Counted from the stretch's first letter, positions 9,662 to 18,895 are shown. The stretch: 64,000 nucleotides of DNA from Thermoplasmatales archaeon SW_10_69_26 (GCA_003009755.1 PXUB01000032.1:1-64000); one strand, 5' to 3'. Notes: generated by a model not told the origin, from the letters alone. Translations and numbers: made by a program.

Positions 9662-10390
9662 ATGCCCGCGAGAAACGACATCGACGTAGCCCTCTTCGAC
9701 CTCGACAACACGCTGATCCCTTTCCTGGGCCCGCTTCGCCGCTGGGCGCAAGCCTGGGCCGACGAGGCCCACCCCGAGGGACCGGACCCGGTCCGGGAGG
9801 CGCTGTTGGACGTGACCCTCGACGACGCCGAGGATCCCAAGCGAGCGATCCGCGTCGTCACCGACCGCTTCGACCTGCACGACGAGGCCCCCGAAGCCAC
9901 CGAGCGTGCCCAGCAAGTGTACTGGCGAGCGCTCACCCCCTACCCGGGCATCCGCGGGACGCTGGCCCGGCTGGCCAGCGCCGAGGTCCCGATGGGGGTC
10001 GTCACCGACGCCCCCCGCGAACCGGCCGCCGTCCGCCTCAGCGCCACCCAGCTCACGCGGTTCTTCGACGTCGTCGTCACCCGCGACGACACCGACGGTG
10101 GCAAGACGAGCCCGCGGCCGTTCCACCTCGCGCTCGACGTTCTCGACGCCGACCCCGAGCAGGCGATGATGGTCGGCGACTGGCCCGCCTTCGACGTCCG
10201 CTGGCCCAGCCGGCTGGGCATGGTCAGCGTGCTCGCCGCCTGGGGCACTGGGGCCCTACCCGAGCACGCCCGATGCAAAGCCCAGCCCACGCACGAGGCC
10301 GAGAACCCGCGCGAGCTGCGATCGATCGCGCTCGACGAGATGCCCACCGCGGCCGAGCGCCGAGAGACCGTGCAAGCCGGCCTCTGTTGA
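9662..10390 (+). CDS. HAD family hydrolase
   Basis: FDLDNTL, VVTD, K, VGDWPAFDV motifs. Confidence 0.9.
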   Translation: MPARNDIDVALFDLDNTLIPFLGPLRRWAQAWADEAHPEGPDPVREALLDVTLDDAEDPKRAIRVVTDRFDLHDEAPEATERAQQVYWRALTPYPGIRGTLARLASAEVPMGVVTDAPREPAAVRLSATQLTRFFDVVVTRDDTDGGKTSPRPFHLALDVLDADPEQAMMVGDWPAFDVRWPSRLGMVSVLAAWGTGALPEHARCKAQPTHEAENPRELRSIALDEMPTAAERRETVQAGLC

Positions 10391-10539
10391 CGATCACCGT
10401 CGCCGAGCCGAGCGGGGCGGCCGCCGCCCACGCCCACGTGCATCCCCCCTCCTGCGGGCACGGGATGCGGCGAGCCCCGCTCCTCGGCCTTCCCCCCGCC
10501 GACCGCACCGTTGAAAGCCACGCATCGGTTTCCCCGGCC

Positions 10540-10938
10540 GTGGCGTTCGAGACGACGGTCAAGCTCCGCTTCTACGACATGGACCGCGCCGGCATGGTGT
10601 TCCACGGCGCCTACACCCGGATCTTCCAGGATGCCTTCGAGGATCTCATGGAAGAGGTCGGCCACGTCGAGAAACAGCTCGAGGACGAGCTGGGCGTCCG
10701 CGTGCCCGTCGTCGACCACCGCATGCGGTTCCCGGCTCCGCCCGAGGGCGACGAGCTGACCGTCGAGGTCACCGTGCCCGAGATCGGCGAGGCCTCCGCC
10801 ACGTTCCACCTACAGGCGCGCGAGGGCGAGCGGACGGTCGCCGAGGCCGACATCACCCGCGTCTGCATCGGCGAGGACGGCGAGGCCACGCCGATCCCGG
10901 AGCCCGTGCGGCAAGGCTGGGCCAAGCACCGGGGATGA
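10540..10938 (+). CDS. Acyl-CoA thioesterase (4HBT/hotdog fold)
   Basis: LRFYDMDRAGMVFHGAY motif; GTG start about 25 nt after TTGAAAG. Confidence 0.88.
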   Translation: MAFETTVKLRFYDMDRAGMVFHGAYTRIFQDAFEDLMEEVGHVEKQLEDELGVRVPVVDHRMRFPAPPEGDELTVEVTVPEIGEASATFHLQAREGERTVAEADITRVCIGEDGEATPIPEPVRQGWAKHRG

Positions 10939-10944
10939 GGCGGG

Positions 10945-11625
10945 TCACTCGGGCTTGACGAGCGCCCGCGCCGGCGCTCCATCGCAGTCCTCGACCTTCA
11001 GGGGCAGGCAGGCCAGCTCGACCGGGCCGCCGGTCACGCCGCCGAGGTTCAAGCCCTCGAGGATCCACGTGCCGGCCTCGAGCAGCGCCCGGTGGACCGG
11101 CGTCTCGTTGCGCTGGTAGCCGGCCACGGAGAGGTAGTCGATGCCGACGAGGTCGAGGTCGGCCTCGGCCAGGTGCTCGGCCGCCTCGGTGGACAGGTGG
11201 GCGAAGGTGTCGACGAAGTCCTCCTCGTGCCACAGCGCCGGGCTGTTCCGCGTGCGGATCAGCAGCCGGTCCACGCTCTCGAGGTCGACGTCGTCGAAGT
11301 GCTCGGGATCGACGATCGCCGCATCCTCGACGTGGACGACGTGGGCCGATCCCAGGCCGACGTCCGGGTCGATCTCGTCGATCGTCGCGCCGTCACGCAG
11401 GTAGTGGGCCGGCGCATCGACGTGCGTGCCCGCGTGGCTGCCCATCGAAAGCACGCTCACGCGGGCAGGGTCGCCCTCCTCGAAGGGCTTGATCGTGGCC
11501 TCGAGGGCGTTCATGAACTCCTCACGGGAGCCGAACTCCTCGAGGATGACCTGCTCGCCGCGCTCGCGCTCCGCGTCGGGGGCCGTGTCGAGGGTGGGCG
11601 TCGAACTGTCGGTCTGCTGCTCCAT
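10945..11625 (-). CDS. Cyclase family (kynurenine formamidase-like) protein with a foreign RpsA-like N-terminus
   Basis: HAGTHVDAPAH, GIDYLSV, ILEGL and DGAPARA motifs; the first ~50 aa resemble actinobacterial ribosomal protein S1. Confidence 0.75.
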   Translation of the reverse strand: MEQQTDSSTPTLDTAPDAERERGEQVILEEFGSREEFMNALEATIKPFEEGDPARVSVLSMGSHAGTHVDAPAHYLRDGATIDEIDPDVGLGSAHVVHVEDAAIVDPEHFDDVDLESVDRLLIRTRNSPALWHEEDFVDTFAHLSTEAAEHLAEADLDLVGIDYLSVAGYQRNETPVHRALLEAGTWILEGLNLGGVTGGPVELACLPLKVEDCDGAPARALVKPE

Positions 11626-12179
11626 GCCGGTACCGGTTCTCGCTTGTGGGTGGCGGGCTGCGGAAAATGGGCGACCGCAACGGCCTGTTGGGCCCGTGGA
11701 TGCGGACGCCCAACAGGGCAGGCGGCCTCCGGGAACTCGCTGGGCACGCAGTTGTCGTAGGTGCCGCCCGGGAACACGCTCTCGACGGACAGCGTCGCCG
11801 AGTAGTTCTCCGTCACGCCGCTCCCCGTCTCGACGGGGATCTCGTAGGAGGCCGACTGGTTGTACGGCTCGGTCTGGTAGTTCCCTGCCTGGATCGGGAA
11901 CGCCTTGGAGGCGTTGCCCGGCTCCACGGAGGCGTTGTCCGGTGCGTCGCTGGGCAGCTCGGCCGAGACCGTGGCGTTCACCGGCGCCTCGACGTCGGTC
12001 GCGCAACTGAAACCCTCACCCTCGAGGGTGGCATTGAACGCGAACGTGAGGCTTTCCCCGGCCTCGATCTCCTCGCCGGCCGGCACCTTCTCCTGGCTGA
12101 CCGTGAACGAGGCTTCCTGGGCTCCCGCTGGGAGAGCTAGCGCGAGCACGAGCATCAACGCCCAGATGCGGCCTTGCAT
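11511..12179 (-). CDS. Secreted protein, probably truncated near 11720
   Basis: Signal peptide and acidic beta-rich body with N-x-S/T sequons; composition switches abruptly to R/P/S-rich read-through after SEFPEAA. Confidence 0.6.
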   Translation of the reverse strand: MQGRIWALMLVLALALPAGAQEASFTVSQEKVPAGEEIEAGESLTFAFNATLEGEGFSCATDVEAPVNATVSAELPSDAPDNASVEPGNASKAFPIQAGNYQTEPYNQSASYEIPVETGSGVTENYSATLSVESVFPGGTYDNCVPSEFPEAACPVGRPHPRAQQAVAVAHFPQPATHKREPVPAWSSRPTVRRPPSTRPPTRSASAASRSSSRSSAPVRSS

Positions 12180-12272
12180 CGCCGGGTGAAATCGAGCCTG
12201 GTTCATCAGCCTGTTGGAGCTCGTCGGCATCGCCGTAACCTTCATCGCGGGCGACGAGCTGGCCAGGTCACC

Positions 12273-13007
12273 GTGCACCGGGCTCGCTTCGTGGATCCGA
12301 CCGGCGCCGTGCGTCGAGGACGATGGGAAGGCGATCAAGTCACCTTCGCCGACCGCCGCTACGCCGTCGACGAGGTCGACCTGCTGGCGCCCGCCGAGCC
12401 GACGAAGGTCGTCTGCGTCGGGCTGAACTACAGGGACCACATCGAGGAGGGCGACCGCGAGACGCCCGACCGGCCCTCGCTGTTCCTGAAACCGCCGAAC
12501 GCCGTCGCCGGCCCGGGCGACGTGATCGAGCTGCCGCGCGGCAAGGACCGCGTCGAGCACGAGTGCGAGCTCGGCGTCGTCGTCGGCGAGCAGTGCCGCA
12601 ACGTCGCCGCCGAGGACGCGATGAGCGTCGTCGCCGGCTACACCTGCGTCAACGACGTCTCGAACCGCGACGACCAGCGCTCGGAGCGCAACTGGGTCCG
12701 CGGCAAGGCCTTCGACGGGGCGGCACCGATCGGGCCCGTCGTCGCCAGCCTGGATCGGGTGCCCGACGACGCCACGATCGAGACTCGCGTCAACGGCGAG
12801 ACCCGCCAGCGGTCCTCGATCGACGAGCTGTTGTTCGACGTGCCCACGCTCGTCGAGGAGATCACCCGCTACATGACGCTCGAGCCGGGCGACGTGATCA
12901 GCACGGGGACGACCAGCGGTGTCGCCCCGCTCGAGGACGGCGACGAGGTCGAGATCGAGATCGAGGGCGTCGGCACGCTGGCCAACCCCGTGCGCCGGGA
13001 ACCCTGA
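12273..13007 (+). CDS. Fumarylacetoacetate hydrolase family protein
   Basis: CVGLNYRDH, FLKP, HECELG, NDVSNRD, GDVISTGT motifs. Confidence 0.92.
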   Translation: MHRARFVDPTGAVRRGRWEGDQVTFADRRYAVDEVDLLAPAEPTKVVCVGLNYRDHIEEGDRETPDRPSLFLKPPNAVAGPGDVIELPRGKDRVEHECELGVVVGEQCRNVAAEDAMSVVAGYTCVNDVSNRDDQRSERNWVRGKAFDGAAPIGPVVASLDRVPDDATIETRVNGETRQRSSIDELLFDVPTLVEEITRYMTLEPGDVISTGTTSGVAPLEDGDEVEIEIEGVGTLANPVRREP

Positions 13008-13183
13008 CGCGAGACGGGCCCGCGCTCGTCCACGTCCGGCTTGGGGTTGACCACCCACCGAACGGGTGCCCACCCGATGGCGCCCGCGGGCAAAATCCGA
13101 GACCAAGAGGAGGCCGCCGACCTGCGTAAGGTGCCCTGAACGGTTCCCCCGCCAGTTAACAGCTGTCGGTCCCTGGCCCGAAC

Positions 13184-13675
13184 ATGGCCAGCGAGCGCGG
13201 TGGGTTCTCGGCTCTCCAAGTCGCCATCCTCGCGGGCGCGCTCCTCGTGGTGGTCGTGGGCGCCGACGTGGCCCTGAACCGCACGATCAGCCTCCAGGTG
13301 GAGCAAGCCGACGACTGGCAGACGATCGGCCAGATCCCGCGCGAGCGGTCCGACGTTCGCCACCATGACACCCTGATCGAGGTCAACCGCTCCGACGAGG
13401 TCGACGTCCGCATCGTCGTGGACAACCAGCATCTCGCCACCTTCGAGGCCAGCTACGACATCCGCCACCACACCGAGCGCATCGCTTCGGGGCCCCTCGC
13501 CGCCGACCGTCTCGGCGTCAGCGAGGAGCGGTTCACGGTCACCGGCGACACGCTGTTGCCCGACTCACCGGAGGAGGGTTGGGATCGATCCCGCCCGGTC
13601 CGCGTCGATCTCCGCCTGACCGTCGACGGCAACAGCGCTGACGCTTGGCTCGACGTCGAGGAGGTGCCCCGATGA
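13184..13675 (+). CDS. Membrane-anchored hypothetical protein
   Basis: One N-terminal TM helix; ATGA overlap with the next gene. Confidence 0.65.
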   Translation: MASERGGFSALQVAILAGALLVVVVGADVALNRTISLQVEQADDWQTIGQIPRERSDVRHHDTLIEVNRSDEVDVRIVVDNQHLATFEASYDIRHHTERIASGPLAADRLGVSEERFTVTGDTLLPDSPEEGWDRSRPVRVDLRLTVDGNSADAWLDVEEVPR

Positions 13676-14076
13676 CGCGCACCGTGTTCCACATGCGCAA
13701 CGTGCTCGTCACGATCGGCATCCTGACCGCCGGGATCGGGATCGTCTACTTCGCCGCCGAGTTCATCGACCAGATCAGCCCGTGGAGCCGCATGGCCAGC
13801 CTCGCGCTGCTGGCCGTCATGTGCACCGCGCTCGGCCGCCACTTCGAGGCCGAGGAGGCCGACAGCGAGCTCGTCGACCGCGAGGGCTGGCGATGGCTGC
13901 GCGTCCCGACCGCCCTCTACGTGCTCGGGCTCGTGGCCGCGCTCGGCGCCATCATCGTGTTCCTCGGGCTCGAGGACCTCAGCCGCCTGGTCAAGGCCGC
14001 GATCGCCATCGCGCTCGGGCTCGGCATCGTCGTGGTCGGCGCCCGCCGGTTCGACGAGCCCTCCGCCGACGGCTGA
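13672..14076 (+). CDS. Four-TM membrane protein
   Basis: Four hydrophobic segments; translationally coupled to the upstream gene. Confidence 0.7.
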   Translation: MTRTVFHMRNVLVTIGILTAGIGIVYFAAEFIDQISPWSRMASLALLAVMCTALGRHFEAEEADSELVDREGWRWLRVPTALYVLGLVAALGAIIVFLGLEDLSRLVKAAIAIALGLGIVVVGARRFDEPSADG

Positions 14077-14139
14077 GAGCCACCGATCCTGGGACCGTCC
14101 CAGCCCTCGCCAGGGCCGCCCGTTCCCCTCTCTGGCCCC

Positions 14140-15537
14140 TCAGCCGGGCAGCGAGCCGTCCGGCTGCAGCACGCGACCCTCCAGCTTCTCGGGCACGTCC
14201 AAGCCCAGCAGGTCCAACAGCGTGGCGGCGCCGTCCGTCGCCTGCATGTCGTCGACCGTCCCCGAGAACCGATCCCCGGGGTCCGAAACCACGATCAGAC
14301 CCTCGCTGCTGGCGGTCGCCTCGTGTCGACCGCGTGCGGGGTCGGTGAGCACGGTCTCGTGGCCCAGCGAGGCCTCGCAGCGGTAGGCCAGCTCCTCGAC
14401 GTAGACGAACAGGTCCGGGCCCTCGTCGACGCGGGCGCCCTCGTGGACCTCGCCCGGCGCGATCGCCTGCGCCGCCAGGTGGCCATCGCCGGCGTCGATC
14501 GCGGCCAGCTCGGCCTGCAACTCGTCGCGCAGCGCCTCGTAGTCGAGCGGGGGCACCGTGCCCTGAGGCTCGCGCCCGGCCACGTTCAGGTGGATGTGGC
14601 CGGCGGCTCCCCCGGCGGCCCAGGCTTGCGTGTTCGCCCAGTCGACCCGCTCGGCGTCGAAGGCCGTCGGCGCCTCGGGCTCGTCGGCGAGGGACAGATA
14701 GCCCTCGCGGCGCAGCCAGGCGTTGAGCTGCACCGTGCCCTGGCAGGCCTGGGCTCCCTGGACGCTTGCGACCACGATCGCGGTGTCGTCCGGCAGTGTC
14801 TCCACGAGGTCGCCGATCCGCTCGTCCAGGCGCCGGTGGTGGGCGCGGACGGCGTCTCCGGTGTCGTCCTCGTGCAGCGCGTGCTCGGTGTCGTGGGTGC
14901 TCCAGGCGGTCTCCTGCACGAGCCGCGGCGAGCGGGCGACCATCGCGAACAGATCCCACGAGCGCTCGGCCAGGTGCTCGGCGACGTCGAAACGCTGCGC
15001 GAGCGCCGCGCGAGCGCGATCGAGCTTGCTCTGGCGGTCGGCCTCGGCCGGCGGCTCGGTGAAGAACGCCTCGCCCAGGGCGAGCTCCTCGCCAAGCTCG
15101 GGCGGATGCGTGACGGCGGCGTCCGGGCCGGGCGCTGGCGAGCCCGCCACGACGGTACCGTCGACCGGTTCGACGGGGAACGTGTGCGGCAGGCCGACCA
15201 ACGCGAGATCGCACCCGGCCTCGCCGGCCCGCTCCCACACGGTGGCCTCGTCCAGCGCGAGCGATCCGACGCGGGCGCCCTCGCCGTAGGGCGCCTGGCG
15301 ACCCTGTCGGGTGATCGTCCAGTCGCGGTTCGTCTCGCCGGTCAAGCCCAGTTCGCCGGGGTTCTGTCCGGTGAGGAACGACGTCCACGCGGGGATCGGC
15401 TCCGGCGGGTGCGTCGAGGCAAGGGGCCCGCTGACGCCGTCCTCGGCCAGCTCGGCCAGGTTGGGCATCGCGTCGGCGAGTTCGTCGAACACCAGCGACG
15501 GGTCCGCGCCTTCGAGACCGATGACGGCGACCTTCAC
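14140..15537 (-). CDS. Alkaline phosphatase superfamily (type I phosphodiesterase-like) protein with degenerate active site
   Basis: VIGLEGAD, STHPPEPIPAWTSFLTGQNPG, LNAWLRREGYL, VDWANTQAW and IHLNVAGREPQG segments. Confidence 0.85.
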   Translation of the reverse strand: MKVAVIGLEGADPSLVFDELADAMPNLAELAEDGVSGPLASTHPPEPIPAWTSFLTGQNPGELGLTGETNRDWTITRQGRQAPYGEGARVGSLALDEATVWERAGEAGCDLALVGLPHTFPVEPVDGTVVAGSPAPGPDAAVTHPPELGEELALGEAFFTEPPAEADRQSKLDRARAALAQRFDVAEHLAERSWDLFAMVARSPRLVQETAWSTHDTEHALHEDDTGDAVRAHHRRLDERIGDLVETLPDDTAIVVASVQGAQACQGTVQLNAWLRREGYLSLADEPEAPTAFDAERVDWANTQAWAAGGAAGHIHLNVAGREPQGTVPPLDYEALRDELQAELAAIDAGDGHLAAQAIAPGEVHEGARVDEGPDLFVYVEELAYRCEASLGHETVLTDPARGRHEATASSEGLIVVSDPGDRFSGTVDDMQATDGAATLLDLLGLDVPEKLEGRVLQPDGSLPG

Positions 15538-15622
15538 GGGGATCGGCGGACCAGGAGGGGGACGCGTAGAAAAGGGTGCGGGTGGAGGGCACGGAGGGTG
15601 GCCGAGGGCACAGAGCAGGGGC

Positions 15623-15660
15623 CAACCACAGAGGCACAGAGGACACGGAGGATACACAGA
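15623..15660 (+). repeat. 9-bp-periodic purine-rich repeat (cacagagg/cacggagg)
   Basis: aaccacagaggcacagaggacacggaggatacacaga; similar in style to the arms of repeat family B. Confidence 0.5.
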
Positions 15661-15670
15661 AGAAGGACCG

Positions 15671-15799
15671 ATGGAAGAGAGCGTCTCCGGGTTCAGCGAG
15701 CGCGGCACCTGGAGCGACATCGTGGAGCACGGCGAGCGGATCACCCGGAAGGACGGGATCGCCGTCACCTCAGCCCTCCCAACGCTTCCGAGAGTGTAA
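15671..15799 (+). pseudogene. 5' fragment of a haloarchaeal DUF5828-like gene
   Basis: MEESVSGFSERGTWSDIVEHGERITR matches my recollection of that family's N-terminus, then the similarity stops. Confidence 0.55.
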
Positions 15800-15837
15800 G
15801 CAAACCGTTAATGCGTAGGCGCGGCTCACGTCCCCCC

Positions 15838-16071
15838 GTGGCCGAGGGACGCGTCCTCGTCGACGTCCACCGCGAAGAGCCCCCCGAGGGCCAGCGGCAC
15901 CGGATGTGCAAGCACTGCCCCTACTGGTACGGGGCCGAATCCGACGAGTACGGACCCTGCTCCATCAAGACGGCCCGCGGCGAGGAGCGCTACCTGACGT
16001 TCGGGACCTGGGACTGCGACGAGGGCATGACCGACCCGATCGAGGACGGGGACGGAGGGGACGAGGGATAG
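15838..16071 (+). CDS. Small Cys4 metal-binding protein
   Basis: CKHC...GPC...WDC in 77 aa; TTAATG box about 30 nt upstream; first gene of an overlapping operon. Confidence 0.65.
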   Translation: MAEGRVLVDVHREEPPEGQRHRMCKHCPYWYGAESDEYGPCSIKTARGEERYLTFGTWDCDEGMTDPIEDGDGGDEG

Positions 16072-16904
16072 CCGAGATCTCCCCGCTGGACGGCTCCACG
16101 ATCGACGACGCCGAGCCCCTGCGCGAGTTCTGGGGCTACGGCGAGGCGTCCTTCGCCGAGCTCGTCGACCTGTGCGAGGGCTGTGCCCGCGTCGCCTACG
16201 TCGACGACGAGGCCGTCGGCATGACGTTCGCCTTCCCCTGGCATCCCGTCGGCTGGATCGGCAGCGTGCTCACGCTGCCGGACCACCGCGGGCACGGCAT
16301 CGGGCAAGCCGTCACCGAGGCCGGCATCGAGGCGCTGGGCACGGCCGGTTGCGAGACGGTGAAGCTGTACGCCACGCCGAAGGCTCAACCCCTGTACGAG
16401 CGCATCGGGTTCACCGGCGAGGCGGCCTTCACGGTCGCCCGCGGCGGCGCCCGCCGGGGCCGCGATCCCGACGTCGACCCGCTGGCCGACCACCTCGACG
16501 CGGCCCAGGAGCTCGACCGCGGGGTCTTCGCCGCCGACCGATCGGCGTTCCTCGCATCCAAGCTCGAGCGCTTCCCCGACGCGAGCGTGGCCGTCACCAC
16601 CGACGACGGCGAGCTGGCCGGCTACGGCATCGCCCGCCCCGGGCCGACGGTGACCGAGATCGGGCCCGTCGTGGCGCGCGGCGGCGACGCCAACGTCGCC
16701 CAGCGCCTCGTCGACGGCCTGCTCACCCGGGTCCCCGACCAGGACGTCGAGGTCACCTACCCCCGCGAGGGCTGGGCCGCCTCCTCGAGCTGGTCCTGTC
16801 GGGGCTTCGTCTCGATCGACGAGCCGTTGCAGATGCGGCTGGGCCCGGCCACCGAGGAGCACCGCGATGCGATCGTCGCCGCAGGAGGGCAAGACGTTGG
16901 CTGA
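16068..16904 (+). CDS. Two-domain GNAT acetyltransferase
   Basis: LPDHRGHGIG...LYATPKAQPLYERIGF, then a second GNAT-like domain (FAADRSAFL, IGPVVA); start uncertain (ATA at 16068). Confidence 0.82.
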   Translation: MAEISPLDGSTIDDAEPLREFWGYGEASFAELVDLCEGCARVAYVDDEAVGMTFAFPWHPVGWIGSVLTLPDHRGHGIGQAVTEAGIEALGTAGCETVKLYATPKAQPLYERIGFTGEAAFTVARGGARRGRDPDVDPLADHLDAAQELDRGVFAADRSAFLASKLERFPDASVAVTTDDGELAGYGIARPGPTVTEIGPVVARGGDANVAQRLVDGLLTRVPDQDVEVTYPREGWAASSSWSCRGFVSIDEPLQMRLGPATEEHRDAIVAAGGQDVG

Positions 16905-18108
16905 CCCCATCGAGCTGTACGACACCGGCGAGCATCGCGTGCGCGAGCTCGAGACGATCGAGCCCGACCGCGTCCGCCTGTACGTGTGCGGCATCAGCGT
17001 CTCCGGCCCCCCGCACGTCGGCCACGGCCGCAGCTACGTCATCTTCGACGTGCTGCGCCGCGTGCTCGAGCACGCCGGCTACGAGGTCGACCACGTCCAG
17101 AACTTCACCGACGTCGAGCACGCGATAATGAAGCGCGCCGAGAAGCGCGGCCTCGAACCGCTCGCGTACGCCGAGCAGATGATCGAGGCCTACTTCGACG
17201 CGATGGACCGCATCGCGATCAAGCGCGCCGACCGGTTCCCCCGCGTCACCGACTACATCGACGACATCATCGACGCCACGCGCACCCTCGAGGACCACGA
17301 GTGCGCCTACGAGATCGACGACGGCGTCGCCTTCCGCATCTGCGACGTCGAAGGCTTCGGCACCCTGCTCGGCAAAGTCCCAGCCGACGCCGTCGTCCAC
17401 GAGGTCCCCGAGGAGCAGTGGAACGGCCGCGAGACGCCCTTCGACTTCATCGTGTGGCGCAACACCGACGACCTGGGCGTCACCTGGAAGACCAGCTTCG
17501 GCGAAGGCCGCCCCGGCTGGCACACCGAGTGCGCGGTCATGGCCAACGATCTGCTCGGCGAAACGATCGACATCCACGGCGGCGGCGCCGACCTCGTGTT
17601 CCCGCACCACGAATGCGAGCGGGCGATCGCCCGCTGCCTCTCCGACGGCGAGTTCGCCAACTACTGGGTCCACAACGGCCTCGTCACGCTCGACGAGGAG
17701 AAGATGAGCAAGAGCCTGCGCAACTCGGTGCCGCTGTCCGGCGCCATCGACGACCACGGTCCCGCCCAGGTGCGCCTGGCCTACCTCAGCGAGGACTACC
17801 GCGAGACGATGGAGTGGAACGACGCCCGCCTCGCCGACGCCGACGAGCGCGTCCAAGCCCTCCACGACGCCCTGCAAGAGGCCGCCGAGGGCACGCCGGC
17901 GGGCGCCGCCGCCGAGCTACGCGACGAGGCGATCGGTGCCTTGCGCTCGAACCTGGACTTCCCCGCCGCCCTCGAGGCGCTGGACACCGTCGGCCAGCAG
18001 CACACCGACGCCCCCGGAGCCCGGCAAGCCCTGATCGAGGTCCTCGACGTGCTGGGCTTGGCCGAGCTGGAACCGTTCGCGAGCGAGGTCGGGTCCGATG
18101 ACCCGTGA
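16897..18108 (+). CDS. cysS: Cysteinyl-tRNA synthetase-like ligase with shortened C-terminus
   Basis: YVCG, HVGH, GRPGWHTEC, DIHGGGADLVFPHHE and KMSKS motifs; 403 aa from TTG; no anticodon-binding tail visible. Confidence 0.85.
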   Translation: MADPIELYDTGEHRVRELETIEPDRVRLYVCGISVSGPPHVGHGRSYVIFDVLRRVLEHAGYEVDHVQNFTDVEHAIMKRAEKRGLEPLAYAEQMIEAYFDAMDRIAIKRADRFPRVTDYIDDIIDATRTLEDHECAYEIDDGVAFRICDVEGFGTLLGKVPADAVVHEVPEEQWNGRETPFDFIVWRNTDDLGVTWKTSFGEGRPGWHTECAVMANDLLGETIDIHGGGADLVFPHHECERAIARCLSDGEFANYWVHNGLVTLDEEKMSKSLRNSVPLSGAIDDHGPAQVRLAYLSEDYRETMEWNDARLADADERVQALHDALQEAAEGTPAGAAAELRDEAIGALRSNLDFPAALEALDTVGQQHTDAPGARQALIEVLDVLGLAELEPFASEVGSDDP

Positions 18109-18895
18109 CCTCGACTCCTGGCACCAGGAGATCCCCGCCGTCGCCGCCCACCGCGGCGGCCGCAACATCGGTCCCGAGAACACGATCTACGGCATCCTCG
18201 AGGGCCTGGGCGCCGGCGCCACGCACCTGGAGATCGACGTGCGCGGCACCGCCGACGACCACGCTGTCTGCTTTCACGACGACAACGCCCAGCGCACCTG
18301 CCGTGAGGACGTCGAGATCGCCGACCTCACGCTCGAGGAGGTGCGCGAACTCGATCCCTGCACCAAGTGGAGCGAGCTGGCCGGCATCGCCACCGGCGAG
18401 CAGGACCCACCCCAAGGGATGCGGGCCCGGCACTTCCAGGTGCCCGAGCTGCACGAGATCCTGGAGCTGTTCAGCGGCGTGCCGACCATCCTCGACCTGA
18501 AGGACACGGCGCCCGTCGGCGTGGTCGTCGACGCGATCGAGGAGGGCTGGCAACGCGAGAAAGACCTGCTCTTGGGCGGCTTCGACGACGACAAGATCGA
18601 CGAAGTGGCCAGCCAGCTCGACGGCGTGCCCCGCACGACCGGTCGCGACGAGGCCGAGGCGTTCTTCTCGGGGGAGACGATCGAGGCGGAGGCCCTCATC
18701 ATCCCGCCCACGCACGAAGGCATCGACCTCGTCGACCAAACCACCGTCGACCGCGCCCACGACCAGGGGGCCGCCGTCTGGGTCTGGACGATCAACGACG
18801 CTGCCCACGCTCGCCAGCTGTTCGAGCTGGGCGTCGACGGGATCATCACCGACGAGCCCGACAAGCTGGCCCGGGCCCGCGCCCGGTCGATCTGA
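18098..18895 (+). CDS. Glycerophosphodiester phosphodiesterase
   Basis: AHRGG, PENT, EIDV, FHD, WTIND, GVDGIITD motifs. Confidence 0.9.
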   Translation: MTRDLDSWHQEIPAVAAHRGGRNIGPENTIYGILEGLGAGATHLEIDVRGTADDHAVCFHDDNAQRTCREDVEIADLTLEEVRELDPCTKWSELAGIATGEQDPPQGMRARHFQVPELHEILELFSGVPTILDLKDTAPVGVVVDAIEEGWQREKDLLLGGFDDDKIDEVASQLDGVPRTTGRDEAEAFFSGETIEAEALIIPPTHEGIDLVDQTTVDRAHDQGAAVWVWTINDAAHARQLFELGVDGIITDEPDKLARARARSI

